DNA from: Eledone cirrhosa
Taxonomy: Eukaryota
Assembly: GCA_964016885.1 (NCBI GenBank)
Contig: OZ024752.1
Span: 15,872,001-15,936,000 of the forward strand
Direction: 5' to 3'
DNA: 64,000 nt
Below, in pieces: positions 1 through 13,429 of this stretch. The notes under the pieces are model-generated. The model searched no databases. It was not told where the DNA came from and was given only the letters and a program-made list of their open reading frames with translations. Position numbers and translations under genes: made by a program. Positions within the stretch are counted from its first letter, which is position 1; every line of letters starts with the position of its first letter.

Positions 1-55
1 AGTCGGTGTTATAACGGTATGTCGAATCTATTTATCTATAAAACTGTTTATATTG

Positions 56-121
56 TATTTTGTCTGAGGAAGGCATAGCATATTGTTAATATCATATCCC
101 CGAAATATATATAATGAAATA
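56..121 (+). ncRNA. Type I hammerhead ribozyme motif in the 3' end of a TA-inserted repeat
   Basis: Stem I TATTTTGT/ATGAAATA, core CTGAGGA, imperfect stem II, GAAA-TATATA-TA. The downstream tail matches the minus-strand copy at 56.3-56.4 kb. Confidence 0.65.
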
Positions 122-158
122 AATATGGTTTTATAAATATAGTTTCCATTTATTTAAT

Positions 159-235
<77 letters not shown>

Positions 236-438
236 GGAATAGAATGAAACGAAATTTCATTTCTCACTCTTAGTACGGCACTTACTTAAGTGTAAGTATG
301 TATATATGTATACGTACATACATATATGTATACAGACGTACAGTAGTATGTATATATATATACATACATGCACACACATATATATATGCACGTATCGGTT
401 TACCGAACATTTATTATAATGCTCGGTTTGTTTGTTTG

Positions 439-470
<32 letters not shown>

Positions 471-673
471 CTTACTGTATATGCACACATATACAACATT
501 ATATGCACGCAACTTTTACGAAGTGCATACACACACATGCACACACCTCATAGTCTATATACATACTTCTTACAATATATATATACTCACAACTCATAAT
601 ATATAAGTACCTCTCTCAATATATATAAACCCATCACAATACAGATGTACATTTCTCAATATATATATATATA

Positions 674-2504
674 TATTGTTATATTTGGGGAGGGTCATAT
701 TTGCGTAATATTGCCAGAATTAATAACAGAACACACTCACTGTTTGGTTGGTTTTCGCTTCTCGCTGTCTTTTATATATATATATCTGCGATCTAACTTA
801 CTCGGTCCTCAATGTTGCCATTGACTGACCGGCGGTCAAAAATAATACAGATACAATATAGACAAACACATATATATATAGTTTACATAAATCTTTCGTT
901 GCACATCTGCAACATCGTCAGTGGTGTTATATTCATTGTTCCTCCTGTTGTGTTGTATGTCTACGCCATTTTTTTTTTTGTTCAGTCTGTCTATATATTT
1001 ATTTATTTATTTGCTTGTTTGTTTATCTTATTTTATTTTGTCTTCTTTGCGCATGCGTTTGCGTGTGTGTATAGTGTTATGTGTGATGTGTGATGTGTGA
1101 CTAGTGTGTATAGTGTTGTCTGCTGGGTGACTAGTGTGTGTTTATGTGCTTGTGTATGTATTTATTTATCTTATTTTATTTAATTTAATTTACTTATTTA
1201 TTTATACTTCTCTTAGGTCAGTGTTGTTTGTTTGGGTGTTGTTGTTGTTCCACTCATTCTTTCTGTTTAGCTTTGGTCTTCTAATTTCTATTTCACTGGC
1301 CTCTCTGATTTGCCTATCTGCTGGGTCATTCCTATGTTTAGATATTATTCTAATTTCTATGTTGTCTATGTTACCGTCATGATGTTGTCTAGCATGTTCG
1401 TATAGTACTGACCCGTTTTTTCGTCCTTTTAGTTCCCCCCAGTGTTGGTCTATCCTTTCACCTATGCTACGAGCTGTCTCACCTATGTATGTTGTTGTCG
1501 TGTTTCTGCAAGTACCCTCTGTACATCTTATGCTATAGACTACGTTTCTAGTTTTACAGTTTATCCGGGGGTTCACCTTACATATGATACATTTCCTATT
1601 GGTACAGTGGGTTTTCTTAAAAGGGTAGGTTTTGCTGATCAGGGATTTTATGGTGGTTCCTGGCTTTTCTACCACCTTTATTTTTAAGTGGGTCTTTCTC
1701 AGGGCCTTTCTACACTGGTTAGCTAATTTCCCTCCAGGGGTGGCGTCCACAAACATGACACTCTGATATCTCTGGTTGTCGTACCATGATGTGGCCTTCC
1801 CTATCTTATGTCTAGCCCTATCTAAGCTATTCCATGATTTGCTCCTGTATAGTGGGCAAATTCCTTTCATGTCCAGTTCTATGAGGGTCTTATACTTTTC
1901 CATGGCTCCTTCGTATACTCTGACTCTGTCTCTTTGGTTGTAGCCAGAGAACTGCATGCGGTTGATGAAGTGTTGGATGTGTCCTTCCATTTCTGTTGGG
2001 TCGCACATGCTGGACACATTCTTCATCACTCGTACCAAATCTGCGATCAGAATATTAAACTTAGCACTACTGGACATTGCTGAGTTTTTGAGTATCAGGT
2101 ATTTGGAGGCCATGGGTTTAGCATAGTGTGAGTGGAGAATTTGGGCTCTCTCGTCTATAGTGTTAATCCAGAGTTCTGTGTCTAATACAGGTAGTCTATT
2201 GTTAGGGTGTTTGGAAGGGAAGTCTATAGTTACAGTTATACTCTGGTGTATGGAATTAGCTATCTGCTGGATGCTTTCCATCGTGCTACGTTCTAAATCA
2301 AACTTGTTAGTGCTCTCTAGTGGGGGTGTTCTTATAACTATATTGATATCGTCTACATAACGAGAGTACATGATGAGGTCTATGGAGCTTTCATTAAGGA
2401 GATCTTTAAGTCTCCTTTCCCACCATACCATGAAAAGGTTGGCAACATCGCCAGCTATGCTGACGCCGATGGCTGCTCCCTCATTTTGGGTGTAGATTTT
2501 CTCA
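674..2504 (-). mobile_element. 5'-truncated Penelope-like element (family A), left arm of palindrome
   Basis: Reverse complement of 2506-4337. Carries the RT/GIY-YIG ORF and pLTR; its 3' end abuts (TA)n. Confidence 0.93.
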
Positions 2505-2506
2505 TT
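1202..2506 (-). CDS. PLE RT (motif B onward) plus GIY-YIG endonuclease, N-terminally truncated
   Basis: GAAIGVSIAGDVANLFM, RYVDD, C-x4-C-x2-C linker, VVY..YIGET..R..H. The first ~6 codons of the track ORF come from the opposite arm. Confidence 0.9.
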   Translation of the reverse strand, partial: NEKIYTQNEGAAIGVSIAGDVANLFMVWWERRLKDLLNESSIDLIMYSRYVDDINIVIRTPPLESTNKFDLERSTMESIQQIANSIHQSITVTIDFPSKHPNNRLPVLDTELWINTIDERAQILHSHYAKPMASKYLILKNSAMSSSAKFNILIADLVRVMKNVSSMCDPTEMEGHIQHFINRMQFSGYNQRDRVRVYEGAMEKYKTLIELDMKGICPLYRSKSWNSLDRARHKIGKATSWYDNQRYQSVMFVDATPGGKLANQCRKALRKTHLKIKVVEKPGTTIKSLISKTYPFKKTHCTNRKCIICKVNPRINCKTRNVVYSIRCTEGTCRNTTTTYIGETARSIGERIDQHWGELKGRKNGSVLYEHARQHHDGNIDNIEIRIISKHRNDPADRQIREASEIEIRRPKLNRKNEWNNNNTQTNNTDLREV

Positions 2507-3760
2507 GAGAAAATCTACACCCAAAATGAGGGAGCAGCCATCGGCGTCAGCATAGCTGGCGATGTTGCCAACCTTTTCATGGTATGGTGGGAAAGGAGAC
2601 TTAAAGATCTCCTTAATGAAAGCTCCATAGACCTCATCATGTACTCTCGTTATGTAGACGATATCAATATAGTTATAAGAACACCCCCACTAGAGAGCAC
2701 TAACAAGTTTGATTTAGAACGTAGCACGATGGAAAGCATCCAGCAGATAGCTAATTCCATACACCAGAGTATAACTGTAACTATAGACTTCCCTTCCAAA
2801 CACCCTAACAATAGACTACCTGTATTAGACACAGAACTCTGGATTAACACTATAGACGAGAGAGCCCAAATTCTCCACTCACACTATGCTAAACCCATGG
2901 CCTCCAAATACCTGATACTCAAAAACTCAGCAATGTCCAGTAGTGCTAAGTTTAATATTCTGATCGCAGATTTGGTACGAGTGATGAAGAATGTGTCCAG
3001 CATGTGCGACCCAACAGAAATGGAAGGACACATCCAACACTTCATCAACCGCATGCAGTTCTCTGGCTACAACCAAAGAGACAGAGTCAGAGTATACGAA
3101 GGAGCCATGGAAAAGTATAAGACCCTCATAGAACTGGACATGAAAGGAATTTGCCCACTATACAGGAGCAAATCATGGAATAGCTTAGATAGGGCTAGAC
3201 ATAAGATAGGGAAGGCCACATCATGGTACGACAACCAGAGATATCAGAGTGTCATGTTTGTGGACGCCACCCCTGGAGGGAAATTAGCTAACCAGTGTAG
3301 AAAGGCCCTGAGAAAGACCCACTTAAAAATAAAGGTGGTAGAAAAGCCAGGAACCACCATAAAATCCCTGATCAGCAAAACCTACCCTTTTAAGAAAACC
3401 CACTGTACCAATAGGAAATGTATCATATGTAAGGTGAACCCCCGGATAAACTGTAAAACTAGAAACGTAGTCTATAGCATAAGATGTACAGAGGGTACTT
3501 GCAGAAACACGACAACAACATACATAGGTGAGACAGCTCGTAGCATAGGTGAAAGGATAGACCAACACTGGGGGGAACTAAAAGGACGAAAAAACGGGTC
3601 AGTACTATACGAACATGCTAGACAACATCATGACGGTAACATAGACAACATAGAAATTAGAATAATATCTAAACATAGGAATGACCCAGCAGATAGGCAA
3701 ATCAGAGAGGCCAGTGAAATAGAAATTAGAAGACCAAAGCTAAACAGAAAGAATGAGTAG
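2507..3760 (+). CDS. PLE RT plus GIY-YIG, truncated, with TGG>TAG stop near the C-terminus
   Basis: Same protein as the left arm except the stop at 3758-3760, where the left arm reads Trp. Confidence 0.9.
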   Translation, partial: EKIYTQNEGAAIGVSIAGDVANLFMVWWERRLKDLLNESSIDLIMYSRYVDDINIVIRTPPLESTNKFDLERSTMESIQQIANSIHQSITVTIDFPSKHPNNRLPVLDTELWINTIDERAQILHSHYAKPMASKYLILKNSAMSSSAKFNILIADLVRVMKNVSSMCDPTEMEGHIQHFINRMQFSGYNQRDRVRVYEGAMEKYKTLIELDMKGICPLYRSKSWNSLDRARHKIGKATSWYDNQRYQSVMFVDATPGGKLANQCRKALRKTHLKIKVVEKPGTTIKSLISKTYPFKKTHCTNRKCIICKVNPRINCKTRNVVYSIRCTEGTCRNTTTTYIGETARSIGERIDQHWGELKGRKNGSVLYEHARQHHDGNIDNIEIRIISKHRNDPADRQIREASEIEIRRPKLNRKNE

Positions 3761-4084
3761 AACAACAACAACACCCAAACAAACAACACTGACCTAAGAG
3801 AAGTATAAATAAATAAGTAAATTAAATTAAATAAAATAAGATAAATAAATACATACACAAGCACATAAACACACACTAGTCACCCAGCAGACAACACTAT
3901 ACACACTAGTCACACATCACACATCACACATAACACTATACACACACGCAAACGCATGCGCAAAGAAGACAAAATAAAATAAGATAAACAAACAAGCAAA
4001 TAAATAAATAAATATATAGACAGACTGAACAAAAAAAAAAATGGCGTAGACATACAACACAACAGGAGGAACAATGAATATAAC

Positions 4085-4125
4085 ACCACTGACGATGTTG
4101 CAGATGTGCAACGAAAGATTTATGT
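4085..4125 (+). ncRNA. Hammerhead motif, weak stem I (mirror copy 885-925, minus strand)
   Basis: CTGACGA-T-GTTGCA-gatg-TGCAAC-GAAA. Confidence 0.6.
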
Positions 4126-4392
4126 AAACTATATATATATGTGTTTGTCTATATTGTATCTGTATTATTTTTGACCGCCGGTCAGTCAATGGCAACATTG
4201 AGGACCGAGTAAGTTAGATCGCAGATATATATATATAAAAGACAGCGAGAAGCGAAAACCAACCAAACAGTGAGTGTGTTCTGTTATTAATTCTGGCAAT
4301 ATTACGCAAATATGACCCTCCCCAAATATAACAATATCTGTTTCGACACACGATTTCATATAAAAAACCTCGCAAAACTATATATATATATA

Positions 4393-5317
4393 TATAATGT
4401 ATAATAAACAATACAATATAATTACCTCATCTCCAGAGGTTTCCCGAATCAGACGATTACGAAAAACGTCCTCATTCGTTCTTCGGACAAGGCAATTTAA
4501 AACATAGTGAAATATTTGAAAAGTCTCGTCAAGAAATGCAAGAGTTTAACGGGCAAAAAATATATAAATAAAAGTAATGCAAGAGAAATATAAGAAAATA
4601 AGGAAATATAGTTAGGGTGTGTGTATATGTATGTATATACACTCACAAATGTACATATGTGTGTATGTACAAATACATGTGTATGGTGAAAATGTGTGCG
4701 TAAGTACATATATGAGGGCATGTATATTTGTGTATATGTGACCACAAATACGTATATAATATGAGTTGAAAAAGAAATTGTAAGATAATATAGTTAACAC
4801 GCATCCAGATACAGGTATTAAATACAAATACAAGTATGAGAGCACGCGTATAAACACACACACACACACGCGCGGTCACTTATATGCGGAAGATAAAGAG
4901 GGAAGGGAGTGTAATAGTAAAAAGAAGTGTCATTCTCGATATATGTATAGAAATGAAACAATATATGAGAATGAAAAAAAATGTTAAATCAAAGAGAAAG
5001 TAATCAATTAACACTAGCGAAAAGAAAACAAACATGGGTACGCACATACACACACATATATATATATATAAATATATAATATATAAAAAAATAAATATCT
5101 TGCATTTCTTGAGGAGACTTTTCAAATATTTCACTATGTTTTAAATTGCCTTGTCCGAAGAACGAGTGAGGACGTTTTTCGTATTCGTCTTATTCGGGAA
5201 ACCTCTGGTAATGAGGTAATTATATTGTATTGTTTATTATACATTAAATTTTGCTCTGGTACTTACATAGAGTACTCTTCACTCCTATGACTTTTTCAAT
5301 TTTCAACGGAAACTTCA

Positions 5318-5322
<5 letters not shown>
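4393..5322. mobile_element. Inverted pair of hammerhead-bearing non-coding PLE-type ends
   Basis: 4393-4543 is the reverse complement of ~5098-5246. Same family as 37181-37463; flanked by (TA)n. Confidence 0.75.
5148..5217 (+). ncRNA. Type I hammerhead, CCGAAGA core variant
   Basis: Stem I GCCTTGT/ATGAGGT; stem II CGAGTGAGGACG/CGTCTTATTCG; GAAA-CC-tct-GG-TA. Confidence 0.75.
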
Positions 5323-5411
<89 letters not shown>

Positions 5412-5645
5412 ATATATATACATTATATAATATTAGTGTAGATAATAGGAAGCATTGTGAGATAAATAGAAAGAAACATATGTGTTTAAAGCCGGTACAA
5501 TGCAGTAGACAAATACGAAGAGAACATGGCGACAATTCAAACAAAACAAGACAAAATAAGGTTTTACAAGTGTATTTTAGTTAAAATATTATTTTAGTAT
5601 GTTCCTATATAGAATCTTCATTTTACCACGCAGACACACACACAC

Positions 5646-5678
<33 letters not shown>

Positions 5679-6015
5679 GCTTTCTTTATTAACCAAAAGG
5701 GTTTACACAAAGTAGACATTAAGGGCAGTACAGGACAATACAGGGCGGTACAAATGGGCATTTCTGCGTACAAAAAAAACAAAAAAACAGAGGATGTAAT
5801 AAAAGAACAATGAAAAATTCCCCAATAGGGGGGAGACTTCCGAGGGCCAACGCGGAGAAAGCCCATTAAAAAAAAGCCACGGTGACCCTGACCACCAGGG
5901 CAAGTGTCCTCTCCCAGTTTTCCACCTTCAATTTACAGGCATATACTCAGAGTAAGTCCATTCTCTCGGGCCATTCTCGCCTCTCTCACCCATCTTTCAA
6001 CAAAAAGCTGGGAAG
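5679..6015 (-). mobile_element. Tx1/L1-clade LINE 3' fragment inserted in (AAT)n
   Basis: Minus strand reads SQLFVERWVREARMARENGLTLSICL*, homologous to the C-terminus of ORF 38613-39899. (AAT)n on both sides. Confidence 0.75.
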
Positions 6016-6036
6016 AGAATAATAATAATAATAATA

Positions 6037-6408
6037 ACTGTTTCTACTTTTGGCACAAGGCCAGCAATTACATAGTACATTACTGGTACTTTATTTTATC
6101 GACCCCGTAAGGATGAAAGGCAAAGTTAACCTCGGCGGGATTTGAACTCAGACCGTAAGGGGACGTAACTATGCTGGAAAGCATGGCGTCCGACCCTCTA
6201 CCGATACTGTTAATTCACAATAATAATTGTTTCGACTTTTGGCACAAGGCCAGCAATTATATCAGTGTATTACTGGTACCTTATTTTATCGACCCCGTAA
6301 GGATGAAAGGCAAAGTTAACCTCGGCGGGCTTTGAACTCAGTCCGTAAATGGACGTAACTGTGCTGCAAAGCATGGCGCCGCACCCTCTACCGATACAGC
6401 CAATTCAC
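6037..6408 (-). mobile_element. Two tandem tRNA-derived SINEs (Meta-like central domain)
   Basis: B-box GTTCAAA plus GCCTTTCATCCTTACGGGGTCGATAAAAT...GTACCAG. Further copies at 10.8, 13.2, 41.6 and 54.6 kb. Confidence 0.85.
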
Positions 6409-6471
6409 AAGGGTTTAGATCGATATCCAGTATTTTCGATCTCGTTGTTGACAATATATATATATATATAT

Positions 6472-7064
6472 ATACTTGTTCCAGCCATCCGGCTGAGGCC
6501 TTGCTGGGGCACTGCCCTGTTGCGTCACATTCTATCTTCAGCCTCTGTTGGCTGGTGTAAGAGGGAGTTCGTTGCTGCTGCTCTTAGATTACCTTCGTAT
6601 CGAGTTGTGGACTCATCCGGTATCCTGGATAGCATAGTGTCAGAATATTTCTTGAAAACATCCACTTCCATACCATAAAAATCTCTTAAATCTCTTGGGA
6701 GCTGGTTGAAGAGTTGCGGGCCTTTGAACCCCATGCTATTGCAATATCTGCTCCTTATTCTAGATACGATGACGGGACCTTTGGCACCACATAATAACGT
6801 CTTGTTCGAGGGTTGGTCTAGCTCTCGATGCCAAAGTTTGGTGCTATTCCCTCCAGGATTTTCCAAGGAGTAGAGGTTCAGGTCTTTTAATCCTCTCCCA
6901 GTAGCTTAACTCCTTCATCATGGTAATCCTCTTGTTGTAACTTCGTTGGATTGCCTCAAGATCTGTGGGTAGTTTGATACTGTGGGGTGACCACAACTTG
7001 GAGCAGAAGCCCAGTCAGATTGGAACAAATGTCCTCCATAGTATCAACATGGTCTCTTGGTCTC
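6472..7064 (-). mobile_element. CR1-group LINE 3' fragment
   Basis: LWSPHSIK..LEAIQR..LSYWER and GPQLFNQLP..FKK..AAATNSL motifs. Confidence 0.75.
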
Positions 7065-7257
7065 ATATATATATAAAGATATATATATATAATCCAGAAA
7101 GCCGTCGAAACGCCTTGAGCTCTGCCGTCGTGGTCATACCTTTTCCTATTACTCACTCTACAACCCTAAGTATTGAGTACTCTGGTGCGTTATGGTCCAT
7201 CTGGTTCCTTACCACAATTCCTTCGTTATATATATATATATAAGAGAGAGAGAGAGA

Positions 7258-7340
<83 letters not shown>

Positions 7341-7368
7341 AATTAAAAGATGGTTAAAAAAGTTCCAT

Positions 7369-7440
7369 TTATTTTATTATGCGTATTTCGAAAACAACAT
7401 CATCCTGGGACAAAAATTGCGTTCTCATCAGATAAAATAA
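7369..7440 (-). ncRNA. Type I hammerhead ribozyme
   Basis: Perfect 9-bp stem I TTATTTTAT/ATAAAATAA, CTGATGA, GAAA-TACGCA-TA. Confidence 0.75.
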
Positions 7441-7495
7441 GGTAACATGATATGAGGCCTAAAACAACTTGTGAACAAGAAAGTGTTCAGTCTAC

Positions 7496-7537
<42 letters not shown>

Positions 7538-7582
7538 ATAAATAGATAGATAGATATATAGTATATATATATGTATGTATAA

Positions 7583-7695
<113 letters not shown>

Positions 7696-7986
7696 TAAAG
7701 ATAGATAGATAGATAGATAGATAAAGACAAATGATAGATAGGTATATTATATATATATATATGTATATATATATATAGAAAGAGAAAGAGAGAGAGAGAT
7801 CATGTAGAAGGTGAGTAATATTGTAGAACAATAAAGCTATGCATATATCAGAGAAGTAGCACTCAACAGTTCGTAGAACTGAAGTATATATTAATAAAGA
7901 GGAATTAAAAGATGGTTAAAGAGTTCCATATATATGGAACTCTTTTAAACATCTTTTAATATATATATATATATAAAGCTAAATAG

Positions 7987-8029
<43 letters not shown>

Positions 8030-8705
8030 TGCATATAAAGATTAAAAAAATAGATAGATTCAGAAGAGTGTAGGTTATCATCATTATAGTTTAGATGTAT
8101 GAGTTCTGTACTTCTTCCTAACTAAAAATATATGTGTTTTTTCCGTGGTATAAACATGTGAATGTTGCAAAGTTGTAAAGTTGTTTTGCAACATATTACA
8201 ACTTCTGGAGGCTGGCATGTGTGTGGTGTGTGGTAGTTCTTAATATCACGTTTGACACTTGTAAGATGTTATCGAGATATGTGTTTGTTGGGTTGGATTA
8301 TTAATGTTTTAACCCGAGAACGACATTTCCAATAATGTTTTTAAATGTTTTAATACGTTAACTGTGATGGCGAATATAGAAGCTGTCCATAAGTAGACAG
8401 ACTGTCAATTATTGCAAACGTTTCGGAGAGTCATAGGCACAAACGAAGCTTGAAGCATTTCCTAAGGATAGAAAGTAACTCAGAACCTCGTTGTTTCAGC
8501 CCCAAAACAGCAACTCAATCAGGATCCCGACCTTATTAGAGAAGAACCCACCTCCTTAAAAAGGTGATGAATTTATGAGTTTAATATGATTACAATATTA
8601 GTATTGCTAAACTCCGGTGTGTATGCACTATATATATGTGTGTGATTGTGTGTGCGTGTTTGTGAGTGTGTGTGTACATGTATATGTATCTATTATAGAT
8701 ATATA

Positions 8706-8985
8706 GCTGTATGGGAGCATCCCAAAAGTCAGCTCAAAAGTGACACAGAGGAGACTGAGGTTAGCTGGACATGCTCACCGACATCCTGAGTTGACATTGC
8801 ACTCAGTGCTCCTGTGGGAGCCCCTACATGGACACACTAGAAGCGAAAGACCAAGGTTAACGTATGTTGATGCCCTAAGGACAGACACTGGTCTGTTGGA
8901 GACGCAGGACATGGCAGCGATAATGAGGGACAGAGACCGCTGGAGAGAACTGGTCCATGGATCTCGTGAATTTTACCCGCCTTAG
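8706..8985 (+). mobile_element. RTE-clade LINE 3' fragment
   Basis: RRLRLAGHAHRH..LLWEP..RPRLTYVD..DRDRWR, typical of RTE ORF ends. Confidence 0.75.
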
Positions 8986-8994
8986 ATAGAGATA

Positions 8995-9039
<45 letters not shown>

Positions 9040-10816
9040 GTATATATATATATAAATCTATATATATGTGTATGTGTGTAAATATATATGTATAAACTAT
9101 ATTCAAAAACACACGTTTTTAAGTGCACATGTAACTTCTTCGTATGTAATTGAATGATTTTTTTTATGATTAAATACAAGTCGAATATATTTTCTCTAAA
9201 CAACAGAGAAGATATATGACAATTAAAGATGGTGAAACAAAACATACAGAGTAGAAATATTTTCCCTCTCAGCTGACTTTGTATAACAAAGAAGAAAAAT
9301 GTTTAACTTGAGTAGGAAAAAAAATGAATAAAAAAATAATGTTATATATTTTTAGATGAGATAGTGATCGATATATAAGGAGATATTTAAACATTGTCGT
9401 CAGGTGGTCTGATCTTTTGTTGAATGTCAAAAATTCTTAAGATTGCAGACAATCGATCAAACTATAAAATCTAAATTTATTTTTTAAAAGAACACAGATT
9501 ATTTAGATTGTGTATGCTACTGAATGAAATACGATGTATTATTTCTCTTAGCAGTGTTCGTTGTAAGGTAAGATATATACAAAAACAACAAGCATATTAT
9601 GTAATTCTTCTTTTGTATTTTTTATCCATATTTAACCATAGAACGTCAACTTTAATGATTGATATAGATAAAATTGCTTTAATGTTTTTTTGTTTTTGTA
9701 TTTGGTTTAATGTTTAAACAATGTTATGACAATGTTTTATTTAAAGTGTATCTCCAACATAAATAACATCGATCGTTTTCTAGAAATTTAATCTGTATGT
9801 AAAAGCACCATTTTCTCTCTCGCTATCTCTTTATATATATATATATAGAGAGAGAGATAGGTGTGTGTGTGGTGTTTGTTTTTTGTGTATATGCATATGT
9901 TTGTCTGTGTTTGTTTGTGTATGTATGTGTGCATGCATGTATGTATTGCTGTATAAAGTCTTTAGGTTTTAAGACTTTTACAGACTTCACCACGTTAACT
10001 AGCAAAATGCCACAACCTTGTTTGAATATATAAAGATGCAAGTATGTTGAATGTAGATGTATTTGTGGGTATAACTTCGCTGTTGTTATGGGAGTACCTG
10101 TCTTTAGCATGCCAGTGTGTATAGATGATTATTACTGATGTATGTATGCACACGCCATACGTCCGCGTGCGATTGTGTGTGTAAGTTCATTTTTAGAAAC
10201 CAAGTGAAAATCTTTGGAATAGTTTAGAAGTTTTCATTATATCACCAATCGATTGGATATGAAGGTTGCGTGTTAGTATGCGCGTTCTGTCTTGCCAAAT
10301 CCCGGTAATTTATTTACATATATATATGTGTGTGTGTGTGTGTAATCTGAGTGTTTCGAATATTAATAATAATATTCAATGCAAATAAGCCGCTTTTAAA
10401 CCATGTTAGTAGAATGAGCTCCTCTTTATGTTATATATATATATTCTTACCTAGCGCATGGCATCTCTTTTCTCTTTTAATAGACACAGATGTAAATAGG
10501 TTTCCTATCTTTTTCTCAACCTGACACGAGGCATTGAAATACATATTGCAGATAACCTCAGTAAACTATGTCTTTTGTTCCTTATCCCATAGAACAGTTT
10601 CATATATATTGTGTTTGCACAGGATGCCTGTTTGCCTTTGGAAAGTTTCGCGTGTATTCTTTATTTTTAGAAGACGGGAATACAATTTGGTTTTGATGTC
10701 CGTTTGCTACGAATATCGACAAAATTATTCATAGCATTTTTAATATTTTTGGCAATCATGTCTGATGTCAATGGAAGGGACTATCTTACTGGCATTTTTG
10801 GCATATTTATAATTAT

Positions 10817-11037
10817 GGTTTCTTATATAGACAAAAGGCCAGCAATTTTTGGGGAGGGGAAAGTCGATTAAATCGACCTCAGTGCGTTACTGGTACATTA
10901 TTTTATCGACCCCGTATGGATGAGAGGCAAAGTTAGCCCCGACGGGATTTGAACTCAGATCATAAAGGGCCGTAACTCTATGCAGCAAAGCATAGAGTGG
11001 TGTCCGACGCTCTACCGATACTGCCAATCCACCGCCC
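10817..11037 (-). mobile_element. tRNA-derived SINE with ~20-bp TSD
   Basis: Same family as 6037. TTGGCATATTTATAATTATGG is repeated at 10798 and 11038. Confidence 0.85.
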
Positions 11038-11942
11038 TTGGCATATTTATAATTATGGAATGAATTAATACTTTAATGGTTTACAATTAATACTTTAATG
11101 GTTTGAGGTATTTTATGAATCAGCATTTAATACTAACCTCTTGTTCATATATATCGTACGCTTATTGTTCTAGGCGGGGTGTGAGATGTATATTGAAGGT
11201 CCAAATGGATCTACTTATGGCAAAGTTGTTGCTACATCCTTGCTTAACCTTCTCTAGATACTATCATGAGTGTTTCGACTTTACACCATGATTCAGTTTA
11301 ACATTGTTAGACTAGATGTAGTGGGAGAGCAAGGAACCGGTATACACTCAAAATACCTATTTAGAAATCGTTGTTATTTTTACTGATGGAAGCTATCTAC
11401 TCCTTTCTACCATCATCCATCAATTGGTGTTGTGATGTGGCATTCAAAAGCTGCTTCGATTGCTTTTACACCTCTACTTACATCAGGTTTAGGTTTACCA
11501 AACCTAAGATATATGCACAATCAAACAACCTTACATTGCGGTGAAAATTATTAATAATTGTCATGCTAATGATATGAAATAAAACAATTTCAAATGTAAA
11601 TGTATAGTGTTTTACTAGTCTATTATATATATGATACATTACCCTAGCATTTCTATATATGGAGATATTCGAATACACATATAAATATATGTATGTGGTT
11701 ATGTCTGATCCGTTAGTTGACATTTTTATATAGATAGCGTATATAGGCTCTCTAAAACTGATTTTTAAATTCTTATTACATTCTAATTCGCAGTATATAG
11801 AAGATTTAATTACAGTTTACGTGGTACTGAAATATAGGAATTTTAAAATATAAGATCCGATTTGGAATTCAACTCGAGCCACATACAGATTCGAAAATTC
11901 TAACGAATTTGAAATATAGATGCGAAGATAAGCGTTCATGGC

Positions 11943-12234
11943 CAGAGCCATTATTTAATGGGGGACAAAGAGAGCTATTACCCTGGGTCCCCTACAATGG
12001 GGAGATCTACCAGCGATGTTTGTAGCAATTTATTTGTGCCCTCACCTGCGCTTTTATGTTTTAGGGTGGTTAGAATATTTTAATTTGATACATGTATATA
12101 TAACCTTTCAATTCCAATTACTTGCGCCAATCTAACTTTGATATGTAAAATTGGGGGTATTCTATATTTTGTGTATGAGGTGTCCCCCAAAACCTGCAGT
12201 GCCCCGAGCCCCCCAGAATCTAAATCCAACTCTG
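11943..12234. mobile_element. hAT-type MITE
   Basis: Termini CAGAG...CTCTG with 8-bp TSD TTCATGGC (11935-11942, 12235-12242). Confidence 0.7.
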
Positions 12235-13245
12235 TTCATGGCATCGTAAACACCACATTAATCAAGGGTGTCATCTCTATCACAAGAATATGAGTTCTGT
12301 GCCAAGATATGATGCAGGATTAATATTAAACTAACCACTCACGACCTTTCAACTAAGAACTGTGCAACTCAGTTACTCCAGCATTAAGACACCGCCACCC
12401 TAACATAACACCGCGCAGGTCTATCTACAAAAGACAAACTGGTGATTTTATTTGGGAGGGGGGAATCTATTAAATCGACCCAGTGCATGACTGGTATTAT
12501 ATTATTATATGTTATCGAAACCGCAAGGATGAAAGGCTAAGCTAACCTCGTCAGGATTTGAACTCAAACGATATTACACTAATATAACACTCCACAGATT
12601 TGTTTACAGAAGACAAACTGGTGATTCGATGATGCGTTGATAGAAATAATTCCCTATATTATGTGCCTAAATATATGACATGATTACACATATGTAGTGT
12701 GTAGCCATGCCATCAATGTACAATATGTATTTAAAAAATGAAGCAATATGTTCTGCTTCTGTTTATACAATCAGTAAATATTTCAGATTACTATGTAGAC
12801 CAAATCAATTAAGTTGCTTTCCTAAACTTACTTACGGTCAATATTTACAGTTTGCCATTTCCAATTTAGGACACATTATGAATAACCAGTGAGTGATTGA
12901 ATAAATTTACCGAAGTCTAAGATACCGATTGATAGAGTTTAAGTTGACTTACCTAAAATAGATTAATATAAAGTAAAGCTAAATATATTATTTTTGTTTA
13001 TATGTATAGATTTTGTTCTAATTTAATCATTTCTGTTTGACATTTAATGTAAATATATTACACTAATATGCGTTAACATACAGTTTGGCTAAATACGCTT
13101 AAATTGTACTGTTTTCAGAACTTTGTACTTATTTTATTTATTTCAATAGATAATATAAGAGAGAGAGAGAGAGAGAGAAAAGAATAAATGGGTGGAAAAA
13201 TTATAATTGGGGAGGGACATGTCTTAATATTGTAAAAATTAATAA

Positions 13246-13428
13246 TTGTTTCTACATTTGGCCCAAGGCCAGCAATTATCCCAGTGTATTACTGGTACTT
13301 TATTTTATCGACCCCGTAAGGATGAAAGGCAAAGTTAACCTCGGCGGGATTTGAACTCAGACCATAATGGGCTGTAACTCTATGCTGCAAAGCATGGCGT
13401 CTGACCCTCTACTAATCCAGCGCTCTGT
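13246..13428 (-). mobile_element. tRNA-derived SINE
   Basis: Same family as 6037; TSD AAAATTAATAAT. Confidence 0.8.
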
Positions 13429-13429
13429 C

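Larger units (their letters stand above)
2506..4380 (+). mobile_element. 5'-truncated Penelope-like element (family A), right arm of palindrome
   Basis: Same ORF, A/C-rich 3' UTR, hammerhead motif at 4085-4125. Ends with the ORF-start tail (MTLPKYNNICFDTRFHIKNLAKL) followed by (TA)n. Confidence 0.93.

Noticed and set aside
2486-2524. Apparent start codons MGVDFL.. for two divergent genes
   Set aside because: These codons come from the opposite arm of the palindrome; both ORFs are 5'-truncated and lack RT motif A.
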